Source of the DNA: Pikeienuella sp.
GTDB taxonomy: Bacteria > Pseudomonadota > Alphaproteobacteria > Rhodobacterales > Rhodobacteraceae
Length of the DNA stretch: 64,000 bases
Reading direction: 5' to 3'
Assembly (NCBI GenBank): GCA_050331335.1
Contig: JBHJGY010000050.1
Span: forward strand, 1,521 to 65,520
The position numbers and the translations under genes are program-made. The notes under the pieces were generated by a model that was given only the letters and a program-made list of their open reading frames with translations, was not told where the DNA came from and made no database searches. The stretch's first letter is position 1; each line of letters starts with the position of its first letter. This document shows, one piece after another, positions 45,058 to 55,035 of the stretch.

Positions 45058-45810
45058 TCAATACTCGTCGTCGTCCTCGTCGTCGTCGGGTCGGCCGCCA
45101 AGCAGGCGGTCGAGCGAGATGGCTCCGGCACCACGCAGGAAGAGGTAGAACAGCACGAAGGCCCAATAGGCGCGCTGATCGACGATTTCGCTGTCGGGCT
45201 TGCCGTCGAACCAGGTGCCAATGGTCTCAGCGCTCACCCCGCCATAGGGGCTCTCCGGGTTGGTTTCCACCGACGCCGCCACAGGCGCGGTCACAGGCGC
45301 AGTCTCGGCCGGCGAAGCGGTCGCATCCGCGGTTGCGCCGGCCTCGGCGGCCGGGGCCGGCGTTGCCGGGGCGGCCGCGGGCGCTTCGTAGCCGGGGACC
45401 ATCAGGCTGGGCGGCAAGACCTCCCCGGTGATGTCCTTGTAGGTCATCACGCCGATGAAGATCAGCATGCCAAGCGAGGCGATCCGGGTCATGAAGCCGA
45501 GGATGATCAGCACCGGGAGCACGATCTCGGCATAGGTCCCCAGATAGACGATGAAGCCCCAAGGCCAGAAGGCAAGCGAGCTGAAGTCGTACTGCACCGC
45601 TTCGAAGACTTTGTCGCCGTAGATCTGGATGAAGGCGCTGTCCCGCACGGTGAAGTAGTCGCCATTGGCGGCATCCACCTTGGTGAGAAACGAGTTGTAG
45701 AAGTAAACGAAAAGAGTTCCGGCAAAGACAGCGCGGGCGGCGAGACCGAGCAGCCAGTTTTCCAGGATGCGCTGGAAAAAGCCGAACACGGCGTTGTGGA
45801 GCGTGATCAT
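45058..45810 (-). CDS. DoxX family membrane protein of the DUF692 operon
   Basis: GTYAEIVLPVLIILGF.TR.A, RGAGAISLD; terminal gene of the MNIO operon. Confidence 0.85.
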   Translation of the reverse strand: MITLHNAVFGFFQRILENWLLGLAARAVFAGTLFVYFYNSFLTKVDAANGDYFTVRDSAFIQIYGDKVFEAVQYDFSSLAFWPWGFIVYLGTYAEIVLPVLIILGFMTRIASLGMLIFIGVMTYKDITGEVLPPSLMVPGYEAPAAAPATPAPAAEAGATADATASPAETAPVTAPVAASVETNPESPYGGVSAETIGTWFDGKPDSEIVDQRAYWAFVLFYLFLRGAGAISLDRLLGGRPDDDEDDDEY

Positions 45811-46598
45811 CCGTATCCCCCTTGGTGTGTGTTTGGATCGCTCGCCGCCCCTATAGAGGTTACTGCGCCGATCTCAAACAGTGCAGACAGGCTAGCTGCC
45901 AGATCGAACCCGTCCTGCTGCTGCGCGGCATCGGTTGCGGCAGCGCCAAGCGGGCGGCCATCGGCCAGCGCTGCGATAAACGCGAAAGGCCCCGGAGCGA
46001 GGTCGTGCACATCGACGGCAAGCTGCGGGCGCAGAACGCAGGCCCGTTCGGGTCGTGCGAGATCGACGGCGCTGCTGGGACCGCGGTCTGTGCTGGCCGC
46101 CCAAAGCGAGACCACAGGAAAGCGCGACGCCAGAAGGCCAAGCGACGGGGGCAGCCTCAGCTGGCTGTCGGCAAGCGCCGAGGGCGCGATTTGGCCGAGT
46201 GCGGCCACGGTCAGGGGGGCCGAATCGGCGGCGTGATAGGCTTGCAGCCAGAGCCATTCGAGGCGCGCCACATCGCTCAGATAGGGCACGCTGGCGGCCG
46301 GCGGGAAGGCGTCGATAAAGCCTGCAAAGCCGCCCCCGTAACGAAACAGCAGCGGCGAGCGCGGCGGGTGCTTGGCCAGATAGGCCCGCGCGAGCCCCGC
46401 GAAGAACGCCTCCCCGACCAACCTTTCGACGGCCGGGAAGCTCGCCCGGAGCGCCTCGATCATCGTGTGCACGGTGTTGTTTCGGTGAATGTCGAAACGG
46501 CGCGTCTGGACGGCGGCGATGTTCGGCGGCGGCGGGGCCGACGGCTCGGCGAGCGCGGCGACGAAGCCCCGATGCGCGTCCCGGGCCCCGTCAGACAT
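45807..46598 (-). CDS. DUF2063 family MNIO partner / peptide chaperone (BufC/HvfC-like)
   Basis: RF.IHRNN, L...FP.V.RLVGE.FF, PP.SP.L..YG..F, YL.DVARLEW....AYHAAD. Confidence 0.9.
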   Translation of the reverse strand: MSDGARDAHRGFVAALAEPSAPPPPNIAAVQTRRFDIHRNNTVHTMIEALRASFPAVERLVGEAFFAGLARAYLAKHPPRSPLLFRYGGGFAGFIDAFPPAASVPYLSDVARLEWLWLQAYHAADSAPLTVAALGQIAPSALADSQLRLPPSLGLLASRFPVVSLWAASTDRGPSSAVDLARPERACVLRPQLAVDVHDLAPGPFAFIAALADGRPLGAAATDAAQQQDGFDLAASLSALFEIGAVTSIGAASDPNTHQGGYG

Positions 46599-47454
46599 CG
46601 GCCGTCTGCGGGGCCGCGGTTTGGGCCATGACGCGCTCTGCCCGGCGGGCCTCGGCTTCGAGCACCGTCCAATCGGGCAGGTCGCTGTCCCATTCGATCA
46701 GCGTCGGAACCGGGCCGATCGCGCGGATCACCCGGGCGTACAAGTCCCAGACCGGGTCGGCGACCGGCCGGTCATGGGCATCGATGAGGAGCGGTGCGCC
46801 GTCCGCATCGGCATCGCGTGCATGGCCTGCGAGGTGGATCTCGCCAACCGCTTCGAGCGGAAAGCCGTCGAGATAGGCTTCTGCCGAGGTGCCGTGATTG
46901 GTTGCCGAGACGAAGACGTTGTTGACATCGAGCAGCAGGCCGCAGCCGGTGCGGCGCGTGATCTCGCGCAGGAACGCCAATTCCGACATCGTCGCGGTCT
47001 CGAAGGCGACATAGGTCGAGGGGTTCTCCAGCAGCATCTGCCTGCCCATCGCCTCTTGCACTTGGTCAATATGGGCGCAAACCCGCGCCAGCACCGGCTC
47101 TGTATAGGGCAGCGGGAGCAGGTCAGCGAAATACACCCCGTCATGGGTTGACCAGGCGAGGTGCTCGGAGAAGAGCCCCGGGGCATAGCGATCCGCAACG
47201 GCGCGCAGGCGGGCCAGATGATCGCGATCGAGCGGATCCTCGGCGCCGATCGAGAGCCCCACGCCATGGAGCGACACCGGGTAGGCCTCGCGGATCTGCC
47301 GGAGATAGTGATGCGGCGGGCCGCCGTCGCCCATGTAGTTCTCGGCATGGATCTCGAACCAGCCGATATCGGGGCGACCGCTGAGGATCGCCTCGTAATG
47401 CTCTGGCTTAAGCCCGACGCCGGCGCGGGCCGGAATGCTAAGGGGTCGTGTCAT
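46591..47454 (-). CDS. DUF692 multinuclear non-heme iron oxidase (MNIO, BufB-like)
   Basis: [56 protein letters not shown]; start 47454 or 47475. Confidence 0.95.
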   Translation of the reverse strand: MTRPLSIPARAGVGLKPEHYEAILSGRPDIGWFEIHAENYMGDGGPPHHYLRQIREAYPVSLHGVGLSIGAEDPLDRDHLARLRAVADRYAPGLFSEHLAWSTHDGVYFADLLPLPYTEPVLARVCAHIDQVQEAMGRQMLLENPSTYVAFETATMSELAFLREITRRTGCGLLLDVNNVFVSATNHGTSAEAYLDGFPLEAVGEIHLAGHARDADADGAPLLIDAHDRPVADPVWDLYARVIRAIGPVPTLIEWDSDLPDWTVLEAEARRAERVMAQTAAPQTADV

Positions 47455-47495
47455 CGCGGCCTCGTCGTCCGGCATCGGGTCACAGGCTTAGGCGA

Positions 47496-47822
47496 TCACG
47501 CCTCGGGATTGTCCCGGTCGAGTTCCTCAAGCGAGCCTTTGCGGTCGCCCGGAAGCGCGAATTCTTCGCCCTGGGACGCGTCGCCGTATTTCAGGCAGTC
47601 GCCCTTCGGGACGAGGGTCCAGGCATTGCCCTGATAGTCGATGGTCGAGGTGCCGGCGCAGGTGGTGCCGGGGCCGGCGGCGCAATCGTTTTGGCCGGCG
47701 AGCGAGATCCCGAAGCATTTTTCCTTGGCCTGGGCGGTTGCCGTGGTGGCGGTGCCGGCAGCCATGGCGGCGGCGACGGCGCTGGCGAGCAGGGCGCCGG
47801 TGATCTGGGTGGTTTTGCTCAT
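47496..47822 (-). CDS. DUF2282 Cys-containing precursor (bufferin BufA1-like RiPP)
   Basis: Sec signal then [34 protein letters not shown] (four Cys plus Trp); CAGGAG RBS. Confidence 0.92.
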   Translation of the reverse strand: MSKTTQITGALLASAVAAAMAAGTATTATAQAKEKCFGISLAGQNDCAAGPGTTCAGTSTIDYQGNAWTLVPKGDCLKYGDASQGEEFALPGDRKGSLEELDRDNPEA

Positions 47823-47863
47823 TGTAAACTCCTGTCGGTTTGCGTGGTCGGAACTTGGGGGTC

Positions 47864-48406
47864 TCAGTTGGTCAGCGGGCCCAGCACCTCGTAGGTGCCG
47901 TTGTTCTTCTGGATCGAGGTCCACAGACGCTCGGAAGCAGGTTTGTCTTCCAGACCGCTCCACTTGCTCTGGGCCGCCACGATTTGGCCGGGGATGTCCG
48001 CTTCCCAGAAGCCGACCACCGGCGGGTTGATGTTCAGGTAGAGCACGCCGTCGACGATGCGCCACAGATTCGGGTTGGCAGGAACCTTCCCGCCCTGGGC
48101 GACACCATACGCGCAATGGCCGTCATAGGCAGGGGCGTATTTCGCCGGGTCTGCCAAGAAGGTGTCGCGGTTCTCGGCGGTCGCAAAGGCCCATTTCGCG
48201 CCATTCCACTCGGCGGTGAAGTCGACACGGCCCGGAACGGCCTTGGGCTGCGGTTGGCCGACGGGAGCCTGCTCGAGGCTGTGATATGCGACGACGTCGT
48301 AGCCCGAGACGGCGTAACCGGTCTCGTCGACATACTGAGGCCCGGCGAGGGCCGCGGCGGAGAGGCCGGCGGCGAGCGCGAGGCCGAGGGTGATGCTCTT
48401 GAACAT
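47864..48406 (-). CDS. Periplasmic YHS domain-containing protein
   Basis: Signal peptide, [42 protein letters not shown]. Confidence 0.9.
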   Translation of the reverse strand: MFKSITLGLALAAGLSAAALAGPQYVDETGYAVSGYDVVAYHSLEQAPVGQPQPKAVPGRVDFTAEWNGAKWAFATAENRDTFLADPAKYAPAYDGHCAYGVAQGGKVPANPNLWRIVDGVLYLNINPPVVGFWEADIPGQIVAAQSKWSGLEDKPASERLWTSIQKNNGTYEVLGPLTN

Positions 48407-48626
48407 GGGCGTGTCCTTTCCGGTCTGTCCGAACGGGCGGCGCTGACCCGCCCGCGTTGGAATATCGAGTGTATGATCCCTGGGCGCAAATCACGAGGGA
48501 GCCACGCGCCATCACGGCTTGCGGAGAGACTTGTCACAATTTGGCTGGCGCAGGCAGAGAAGCTGCGGCAGAACGGGGCGTCCGGGGGGACGATGGCTGC
48601 GACGCCGCTCGGGGGAGGGCGAGAGA

Positions 48627-50984
48627 ATGCAAGCTCCGATGATCCATGGCCGCCTTTGGTCTGTCGTCTTGTCGGTGTGCCTGGCGATTTGGCTTGGGCT
48701 GTTCGTCGCATTGGGCGCAGCCGCGCAGTCCGTGCCAGGTGTGCCGGACACCGGCAGCGCCGGGCAACCCGAGGAAGCCGGGGCGTCGGCAGCTCCGACC
48801 GAGGCTGACTTCTCCAGCCCCGAGGCCGTCCGCGCCTTGATGGCGCGACTTTCGGATGCCGAGGTCCGGGCGCTCCTTCTCGAGCGCCTCGATGCCGTCG
48901 CGAGCGAGGCTGCCAAGCCCGAGGACATCGAGACGGGCCTCGACAACATTGCCTTGGAAGGGCTCCGGGGTTTTACTTCGTCGCTTTCTTGGGCGATGTC
49001 GGTGGCGCCAAATCTCGCAAGCGGTGTGGGCGATGCGCTCTCGCGCTTCTACGAACCGCGGGGGGCGGACGGCGCGCTCTGGGTGGTCTTCGCCTTCATC
49101 ATCGGGCTTGCGGCCGGTATCGGCGCGGTGTTGCTGTTCCGGTGGCCGACCGCACCGTTGCGTCGGATCGTCCTCCCGGCCGATGTCGAGCCCACCCTTG
49201 CCAAGCAGATCAGCCTTCTCGCGCTGCGCTTGGCCTTCGAAGTGGCGGAGGTGGTCATCGTCTTGTGGGTCGCTTGGCAGGTGATCTCGCTGCTGACCCT
49301 CCCAGCGGTCGAGGGAATTGCACCCTCCGACAACCTCGTGCTGTGGTTTTTCCTGAAGGAACCGGTGTTCAACGCGCTCGTCGTGGCGGCCGTCTCCCGG
49401 TTTCTCCTCGCCCCCCGGGTACCGGCGTTGCGGCTGGTTCATATGGACGATCAGCAGGCCCGTGTCCTCTATTTCGGCCTGATCGGGTTCGCGCTCTTGG
49501 CCGGGATCAGGAGCTTTCTGCTCAGCTTTCTCGGCGGCCATGGCGTTAACCTCGCCGATGTCCGGCTGGGGTTTTGGCTGACGCTGCTGATGTATGGCTG
49601 GATGTTCGTCCTTGTCTGGCGGGCGCGCCGCGGGCTGACCCAGTCGCTGATCGGCGTGGTCGGCGAGGTGACCCCGGGCGAGCGCCGCTTTGCCGAGCTG
49701 TATCCCTATCTGGCGATGGGCCTGATCGCGGCGGTCTGGGCGCTGTCCGAGACCTTCGTGGGCCTAGAGCTTTGGGGATTGCTCGACGGACGGCTGCCGC
49801 TCACGCTGTTGATCCTCGTCTTCGCGCCTGGGGCCGACCGGATCGTGCGCGCGCTGGTCTATCGGGTGCAGCCACCTGCTGAGGGCACCGGCGAGATGGC
49901 GGAGCGCGCCTTCGCCAAGACGCGGCGGGGGTACATCCGAATCGGCCGGGTGCTTCTCGTCTTCGTGCTCATGATGATCGTCCAGGAGATTTGGAACTTC
50001 TCGCTGCGCGATCTTGCAGGGGCAGGTGTCGGCGCGCAATTCGCCGGCCGGTTGATCGAGGCGGGGCTCACTTTGGGCGTCGGCTACATCCTCGTGGAGG
50101 CGGTGGCGATCTGGATCAACGGGATGCTCGCCCGGGAGACCGCGGCACCGGAGCCGGATGCGGAAGAACCCGGTGGCGGCGAGGGCGGTGGTGTGGGCGA
50201 GTCGCGGCTCGCGACCGTATTGCCGCTCATCAGCTTCGCCGCCCAGGCCGCGATCATGGTGATCACGGCCTTGACTGCGCTGTCCACGCTCGGCATCGAC
50301 ACAACGCCGTTGCTCGCCGGTGCCGGTATTGTGGGCATCGCGATCGGCTTCGGTGCGCAGACATTGGTTTCGGACATCGTGTCCGGGGTTTTCTTCCTCA
50401 TCGACGATGCCTTCAGGACCGGGGAATATGTCGAGGTCGAAGGCACGGTCGGCACCGTCGAGAAGATCTCCGTGCGCTCGCTCAGACTCCGCCATCACGA
50501 GGGGCGGGTGCACACCATCCCGTTCGGCCAAATCCCCAAACTCACGAATTATTCCCGCGACTGGGTGATCATGAAGCTGCGCTTCACCGTGCCTTTCGAC
50601 ACTGACCTTGAGAAAGTCCGCAAGCTCTTCAAAAAGATCGGTCAGGAGATGGTCGCCGACGACCGGTTCAAGGACGACTTTTTGCAGCCGTTTAAATCGC
50701 AAGGCGTGTTCGAGGTCGACGATGTCGGCATCGTGATCCGAGGTAAGTTCATGGCCAAGCCCGGACGGCAGTGGAGCCTGCGCAAGGAAATCTATGCCCG
50801 TGTGCAGCGCGCCTTCGAGGAGAACGATCTGCACTTCGCCCGTAAGGAGGTTCGGGTGAAGATCGATACCGATCCGGGCACCCTCACGCCCGAGCAACGG
50901 CAGGCCGTCGCCGGTGCCGCTGCTGAGGCGGCCCAGGCCGCGCCCTTGGCGGGGCGGCCTGAGCCCGCCGGCGAGCCGCGCTGA
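48627..50984 (+). CDS. Large MscS family mechanosensitive channel
   Basis: Many TM helices then PLLAGAGIVG.AIGFGAQTLV.DIVSG.FFL.DDAFR.GEYV, GTVEKIS.RS..LRH. Confidence 0.9.
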   Translation: MQAPMIHGRLWSVVLSVCLAIWLGLFVALGAAAQSVPGVPDTGSAGQPEEAGASAAPTEADFSSPEAVRALMARLSDAEVRALLLERLDAVASEAAKPEDIETGLDNIALEGLRGFTSSLSWAMSVAPNLASGVGDALSRFYEPRGADGALWVVFAFIIGLAAGIGAVLLFRWPTAPLRRIVLPADVEPTLAKQISLLALRLAFEVAEVVIVLWVAWQVISLLTLPAVEGIAPSDNLVLWFFLKEPVFNALVVAAVSRFLLAPRVPALRLVHMDDQQARVLYFGLIGFALLAGIRSFLLSFLGGHGVNLADVRLGFWLTLLMYGWMFVLVWRARRGLTQSLIGVVGEVTPGERRFAELYPYLAMGLIAAVWALSETFVGLELWGLLDGRLPLTLLILVFAPGADRIVRALVYRVQPPAEGTGEMAERAFAKTRRGYIRIGRVLLVFVLMMIVQEIWNFSLRDLAGAGVGAQFAGRLIEAGLTLGVGYILVEAVAIWINGMLARETAAPEPDAEEPGGGEGGGVGESRLATVLPLISFAAQAAIMVITALTALSTLGIDTTPLLAGAGIVGIAIGFGAQTLVSDIVSGVFFLIDDAFRTGEYVEVEGTVGTVEKISVRSLRLRHHEGRVHTIPFGQIPKLTNYSRDWVIMKLRFTVPFDTDLEKVRKLFKKIGQEMVADDRFKDDFLQPFKSQGVFEVDDVGIVIRGKFMAKPGRQWSLRKEIYARVQRAFEENDLHFARKEVRVKIDTDPGTLTPEQRQAVAGAAAEAAQAAPLAGRPEPAGEPR

Positions 50985-51074
50985 CGCGGCATACCCCGCC
51001 GCCTGCGGGGCGGGCGATCGGGCCGCGCCGACCGGCCGCCGCCCGACCGGGCGGCAGCCGCGCCGCCCTCAGCG

Positions 51075-53273
51075 TCAGCCGTTGAGGACCCAAACGCCGG
51101 CTTCGAGATCCGGTTCCGTCCGGGCGATGTTTTCGTCGCTGTTGGCAAACACCTCGAGCAGGTCGCCCCGCGGCACCCCCGCTTCGAAAGCGTCGACCCA
51201 GAATTCAAGGCCGTCCTGATCCGGCGCGCGGCCCAGAACATTGTCGTAGAGCTGGGTCACGTACTCGGTGCTTGAGAGGTCGGTCCCGTATTTCTCGATG
51301 AACTCCGGGCTGTTGACGAAGATGTCGGCAACCTCGCCGAAGTCCGCCCCGGCATCGAGTTCGCCAATCCAGAAGACGAGGCCGCCCGCATCCGGGGTGC
51401 GCACGAAGGCGGCGGCGTAGAGGCGATAGGCGGCGGCGAGATTGGCGCTCTCGATGCCGAAGAGGAGGTCGCCGTCGAGCAGATCGACCCGTTCGATGCC
51501 GGTCAGGCTGTCGGTGGCGCCGCTTGCATCGGTCACGGACAGCGTGCCGTCGGGCGCGGCTGTGACATCGGCCTCTGCGCGGGTCACCCGATAAACGGCT
51601 GTGTCGGAGCCGGCGCCGCCGTCGATGACGTCGACCCCGCCAAGGCCCTCGATCACGTCATCGCCGCCCAAACCGGAGATTTGGTCTTCCTCTTCGGTGC
51701 CGACGAGGTTGTTGGCCGCTTCCGTGCCCGTGACCGTGGCGCCGGGGACGTCGAGCACGCTGATCTCGACCGGCAGGGTGTCTACCAGCCCGCCCCCGGC
51801 ATCGAATACGTCCACATTCAGGCTCATGAGCGCCGCGGCTTCGTGGTCGAGCTGTGCTCCTTCGGCGACGACGATCACACCGCCCTCGAGCCCGAACATC
51901 TGCGCGCCGGTCGTGTCGCCTGCTGTGAGCTGGTAGGTGAAGCCTTCGATCTCAGGCAGGCGCAGGACCTGGGTGCCTGGCGCCGTGTTCTCGCCGACCG
52001 TGGCCGCGATGCTGTCGGGCAGGATGGGCTCTGGCTCCGGCTCTGGCTCCGGCTCGGGTGTCGGGTCCTGATCCGGCTCGGGGGTCGGTCCGCCGCCGCC
52101 GTTGAGCTGAAGCGCTTCGGCGAAGCTCAAGGTCCCATCGGAAAAGGCCAGGATCTCGACGTCATCGGCGATGAAATCCGTGCCGGTCGCCGCACCGCTG
52201 ATCAGCAGGCCGCCGCTGGTCGCCACCGCGCTGTAGTTTGCCGCGGGCTCCGGGAAGACCGCCCGGTCGGTGCCAGAGCCGCCATAGATTTCATCGTCGC
52301 CACTGCCGCCATCGAGTGTGTCGTCGCCAGCACCGCCCTCGAGCGTGTCTTGTCCGTTGATGCCGATGAACTCGTCGTTGCCAGCGCCGCCGGTCATCCG
52401 GTTGTCGGACGCGTCGCCCACGGAGTTGCCGCCATAGAGCCCCATATGCACGACATTCGAGATGCCGCCCAGGAGCAGCACCTCGCCCGTGGTCACGATC
52501 GTGTCGCCATTGACGAGGTCGATCTTCACATTTTCCTGCGCCACGCGCACCAGCAGACCTTGGGTGCCGCCGCCGAACACAACCTCCTGGATCCCCGTGC
52601 CGACATCCAGGCTGTAGCCGCCGCTGTCCCAGGTCTCGGCCTGGATGCCCGCCGCGATCGGCACGCCACCGGCCCCCTCGCCAGGCGAATAGAAGCCGTC
52701 ACCGTCGGTGTCCGTATAAACCACGCCGGTGAGGTAGGGCCCGGTATCGTTGTAAGCGAAGTTCTCGGTCAGCATCGAGGCGTTGTAGGGCACGCCGCCG
52801 AGGGAGAATTCGCCGACGGCCTCGCCGAGGCCGATGCTCTCGAATGTGCCGTTCATGAGATTGGTGCGGTGGCTGGGGCTCACGAAGAGATTGTCGTGCA
52901 ACTGGGCCGCATTGATCTCGCGCTGGCTGTCGGTCACGCCAGCTGTCGAACCGACCCAAGCGAGGTTCTCACCCCAACCCCAGGAGCCGGTGAAACCGTA
53001 GCCCGCGACATCCATCCGCTCGCCGCCGGAAGAGCCGCCCGCGCCGGTGTGGGAGAAGCTGTCGGTCGCGAGCATCCAGGCCGTGTGCTCGCGTGAGCTG
53101 TCGATGAGGGCCGGGTCGATCGCCAGGGGCTGCTTGGGGGTGCCGTCGATGGTGCCGGGCAGAAGGTTCTCGTTGAGGTCGATGCCCAACCGCGCCGCCT
53201 CCGCCTCGGGATCGGCCCGCGCGGTGTTGATCAGTTCGAGGATGTATTGTTCGAGATCGCTCGGCGCCGCCAT
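51075..53273 (-). CDS. CAP/SCP domain + RTX repeats + cadherin-like + DUF4214 surface protein
   Basis: LELIN.AR, FSHTG..G, GENL, S.SHR.N; GG.G.D repeats; PEPEPE linker; LDHE cadherin motif; RLY.AAF.R.PD.GGL.FW, LY.NVLGRAPD..G..FW. Confidence 0.88.
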   Translation of the reverse strand: MAAPSDLEQYILELINTARADPEAEAARLGIDLNENLLPGTIDGTPKQPLAIDPALIDSSREHTAWMLATDSFSHTGAGGSSGGERMDVAGYGFTGSWGWGENLAWVGSTAGVTDSQREINAAQLHDNLFVSPSHRTNLMNGTFESIGLGEAVGEFSLGGVPYNASMLTENFAYNDTGPYLTGVVYTDTDGDGFYSPGEGAGGVPIAAGIQAETWDSGGYSLDVGTGIQEVVFGGGTQGLLVRVAQENVKIDLVNGDTIVTTGEVLLLGGISNVVHMGLYGGNSVGDASDNRMTGGAGNDEFIGINGQDTLEGGAGDDTLDGGSGDDEIYGGSGTDRAVFPEPAANYSAVATSGGLLISGAATGTDFIADDVEILAFSDGTLSFAEALQLNGGGGPTPEPDQDPTPEPEPEPEPEPILPDSIAATVGENTAPGTQVLRLPEIEGFTYQLTAGDTTGAQMFGLEGGVIVVAEGAQLDHEAAALMSLNVDVFDAGGGLVDTLPVEISVLDVPGATVTGTEAANNLVGTEEEDQISGLGGDDVIEGLGGVDVIDGGAGSDTAVYRVTRAEADVTAAPDGTLSVTDASGATDSLTGIERVDLLDGDLLFGIESANLAAAYRLYAAAFVRTPDAGGLVFWIGELDAGADFGEVADIFVNSPEFIEKYGTDLSSTEYVTQLYDNVLGRAPDQDGLEFWVDAFEAGVPRGDLLEVFANSDENIARTEPDLEAGVWVLNG

Positions 53274-53523
53274 GAGCCGCTCCTTCATATATCCAATGCA
53301 CGAGGCCACCCACTGCGCTGCCTCGCCTTTGAGTTGAGTGATGCGCGAGAATCGTCGTCTGGTAAAGTCTTGCAATCGTTAACGGGCAGGGCTTTGGCGG
53401 ATTTGTACGGCGGTGTTGATCCGGTCTTGCTGCGGCACCGGTGTGCGTCGGGTGCGCGCACCCTTTGATTTCCCATATCTCGAATGTATATTATAGCACG
53501 TGGATCAATCTAACGAGGCACGC

Positions 53524-54411
53524 ATGACCCAGCTTGAGCCGACCCAGGCCCGTCCAGAGGTGACGGCGTTCTTCGACGAGGCGACGAACACGGTTTCCTA
53601 CATCGTCGCCGACCCCCAATCCTCCGCGTGCGCCGTCATCGATAGCGTGCTGGATTTTGACCAGGCGGCCGGACGCATCACCACCGCCTCGGCCGACCGG
53701 CTCGCGGACCACATCCGCGACCGCGGCCTGGAGACGGCCTGGATCCTGGAGACCCATGTCCATGCCGACCACCTGTCGGCGGCGCCTTATCTCCAGGAGC
53801 TGCTGGGGGGAAAGATCGGCATCGGTGCCGAGATCGTCGCGGTTCAGGAGACCTTCGGCAAGATCTTCAACGCGGGCACCGAGTTCGCCCGTGACGGCAG
53901 CCAGTTCGACGCGCTTTTCCGCGAGCAGGACCGCTTCACGGTCGGGGGCTTGCAGGCCCAGGTGCTGCACACGCCGGGACACACGCCCGCTTGCCTGACC
54001 TATGTGATCGGCGATGCGGCTTTCGTGGGGGACACGCTGTTCATGCCGGATTTCGGGACGGCCCGTTGCGACTTCCCGGGCGGTTCCGCGGAAATGCTGT
54101 GGGCCTCGATCCAGAAGATCCTCAGCCTGCCCGATGAGACGCGGATATTTGTCGGGCACGACTACAAGGCCGCCGGGCGCGATGTTTATGCCTGGGAGAG
54201 CACCGTGGGCGAGCAGAAGGCGCGCAACGTCCATGTCGGGGCGGGCGCCGATCAGGAGACGTTCGTTGCCGCGCGCACCGAGCGGGACAAAACATTGGGC
54301 ATGCCGAAGCTGATCGTGCCGTCGATCCAGGTCAATATGCGGGCAGGTCGGATGCCGCCGGCGGAGGACAACGGCACGACCTATCTAAAAGTCCCGATCA
54401 ACCGCCTTTAA
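53524..54411 (+). CDS. MBL-fold persulfide dioxygenase (Pdo/Blh/ETHE1-like)
   Basis: FFDEATNT.SY.V.DP, LETHVHADHLSAA, TPGHTPAC, GDTLFMPDFGTARCDFPGG, GHDY, PSIQVNMRAG. Confidence 0.9.
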   Translation: MTQLEPTQARPEVTAFFDEATNTVSYIVADPQSSACAVIDSVLDFDQAAGRITTASADRLADHIRDRGLETAWILETHVHADHLSAAPYLQELLGGKIGIGAEIVAVQETFGKIFNAGTEFARDGSQFDALFREQDRFTVGGLQAQVLHTPGHTPACLTYVIGDAAFVGDTLFMPDFGTARCDFPGGSAEMLWASIQKILSLPDETRIFVGHDYKAAGRDVYAWESTVGEQKARNVHVGAGADQETFVAARTERDKTLGMPKLIVPSIQVNMRAGRMPPAEDNGTTYLKVPINRL

Positions 54412-54442
54412 CGCGGCGGCGCGACCGGTGCCCGGGGCTTGC

Positions 54443-54904
54443 CTAGCCTGCCGGGTCTGCCGGCGCGGCAACCGCCGGCTCCAGCCGGTCCAACAGGCTT
54501 GTCCGGTTCGCTGAGATATCGGCCACGGTGATGCCATCGAGGACGGCCAGAAAAGCTGCTGTGGCCTGGTGAAGCGCCTCTGAGAGCCGGCAGATCCCGA
54601 TAAGCGGGCAAGTGTTGGTCGCGGGGTCGAAGCACTCGACCAGGTGCATCGAGCCCTCGGTCACGCGGACCACGTCGCCGACCCGGATTTCCTCGGCGGG
54701 CCGGGCCAGGCGAAAGCCGCCGCGCCGGCCGCGCTGGGTTTCGATGAAGCCGGCCTTACCCAATTCGTGCACGATCTTCGTCACATGGGCGTGGCTCAAA
54801 CGGTGGGCCCGAACCACATCGTCCACCCGGCTTAGGTGTGGGGCTCGCAACGCCGCCAACTGCAAGGCTCGTAAGGCGAAATTCGAGTAACTGGTCAATT
54901 TCAT
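54443..54904 (-). CDS. Rrf2 family Fe-S regulator (NsrR/RirA-like)
   Basis: MKLT..S..ALR.L, RGRRGG.RLARP, three Cys in VECF.P.TNTCPL...CRL, AF..VLD..T.AD. Confidence 0.9.
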   Translation of the reverse strand: MKLTSYSNFALRALQLAALRAPHLSRVDDVVRAHRLSHAHVTKIVHELGKAGFIETQRGRRGGFRLARPAEEIRVGDVVRVTEGSMHLVECFDPATNTCPLIGICRLSEALHQATAAFLAVLDGITVADISANRTSLLDRLEPAVAAPADPAG

Positions 54905-55035
54905 CGAATGTCTCTCCCGGAAATTAAACTTCGAAAGAGCCTACCGGTTTTTTCGGCGATGAAAAGCCCATCAATTGACCTTTGCGTCGACCGGACGCCT
55001 GACGGCGCCCGATCTCGATTCTTTCGCGGCGCGGA

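Noticed and set aside
45058-47822. The DUF692 cluster as a wholly new system
   Set aside because: The four-gene core matches described bufferin-type MNIO operons; only the YHS link and extensions are flagged
48470-48540. Possible ECF sigma promoter (GTGA-containing motifs) upstream of the YHS gene
   Set aside because: Too degenerate to assign to a specific ECF consensus by eye
52025-52090. Tandem CTCTGG/CTCCGG repeats
   Set aside because: They encode the Pro-Glu linker of the CAP protein; coding low complexity
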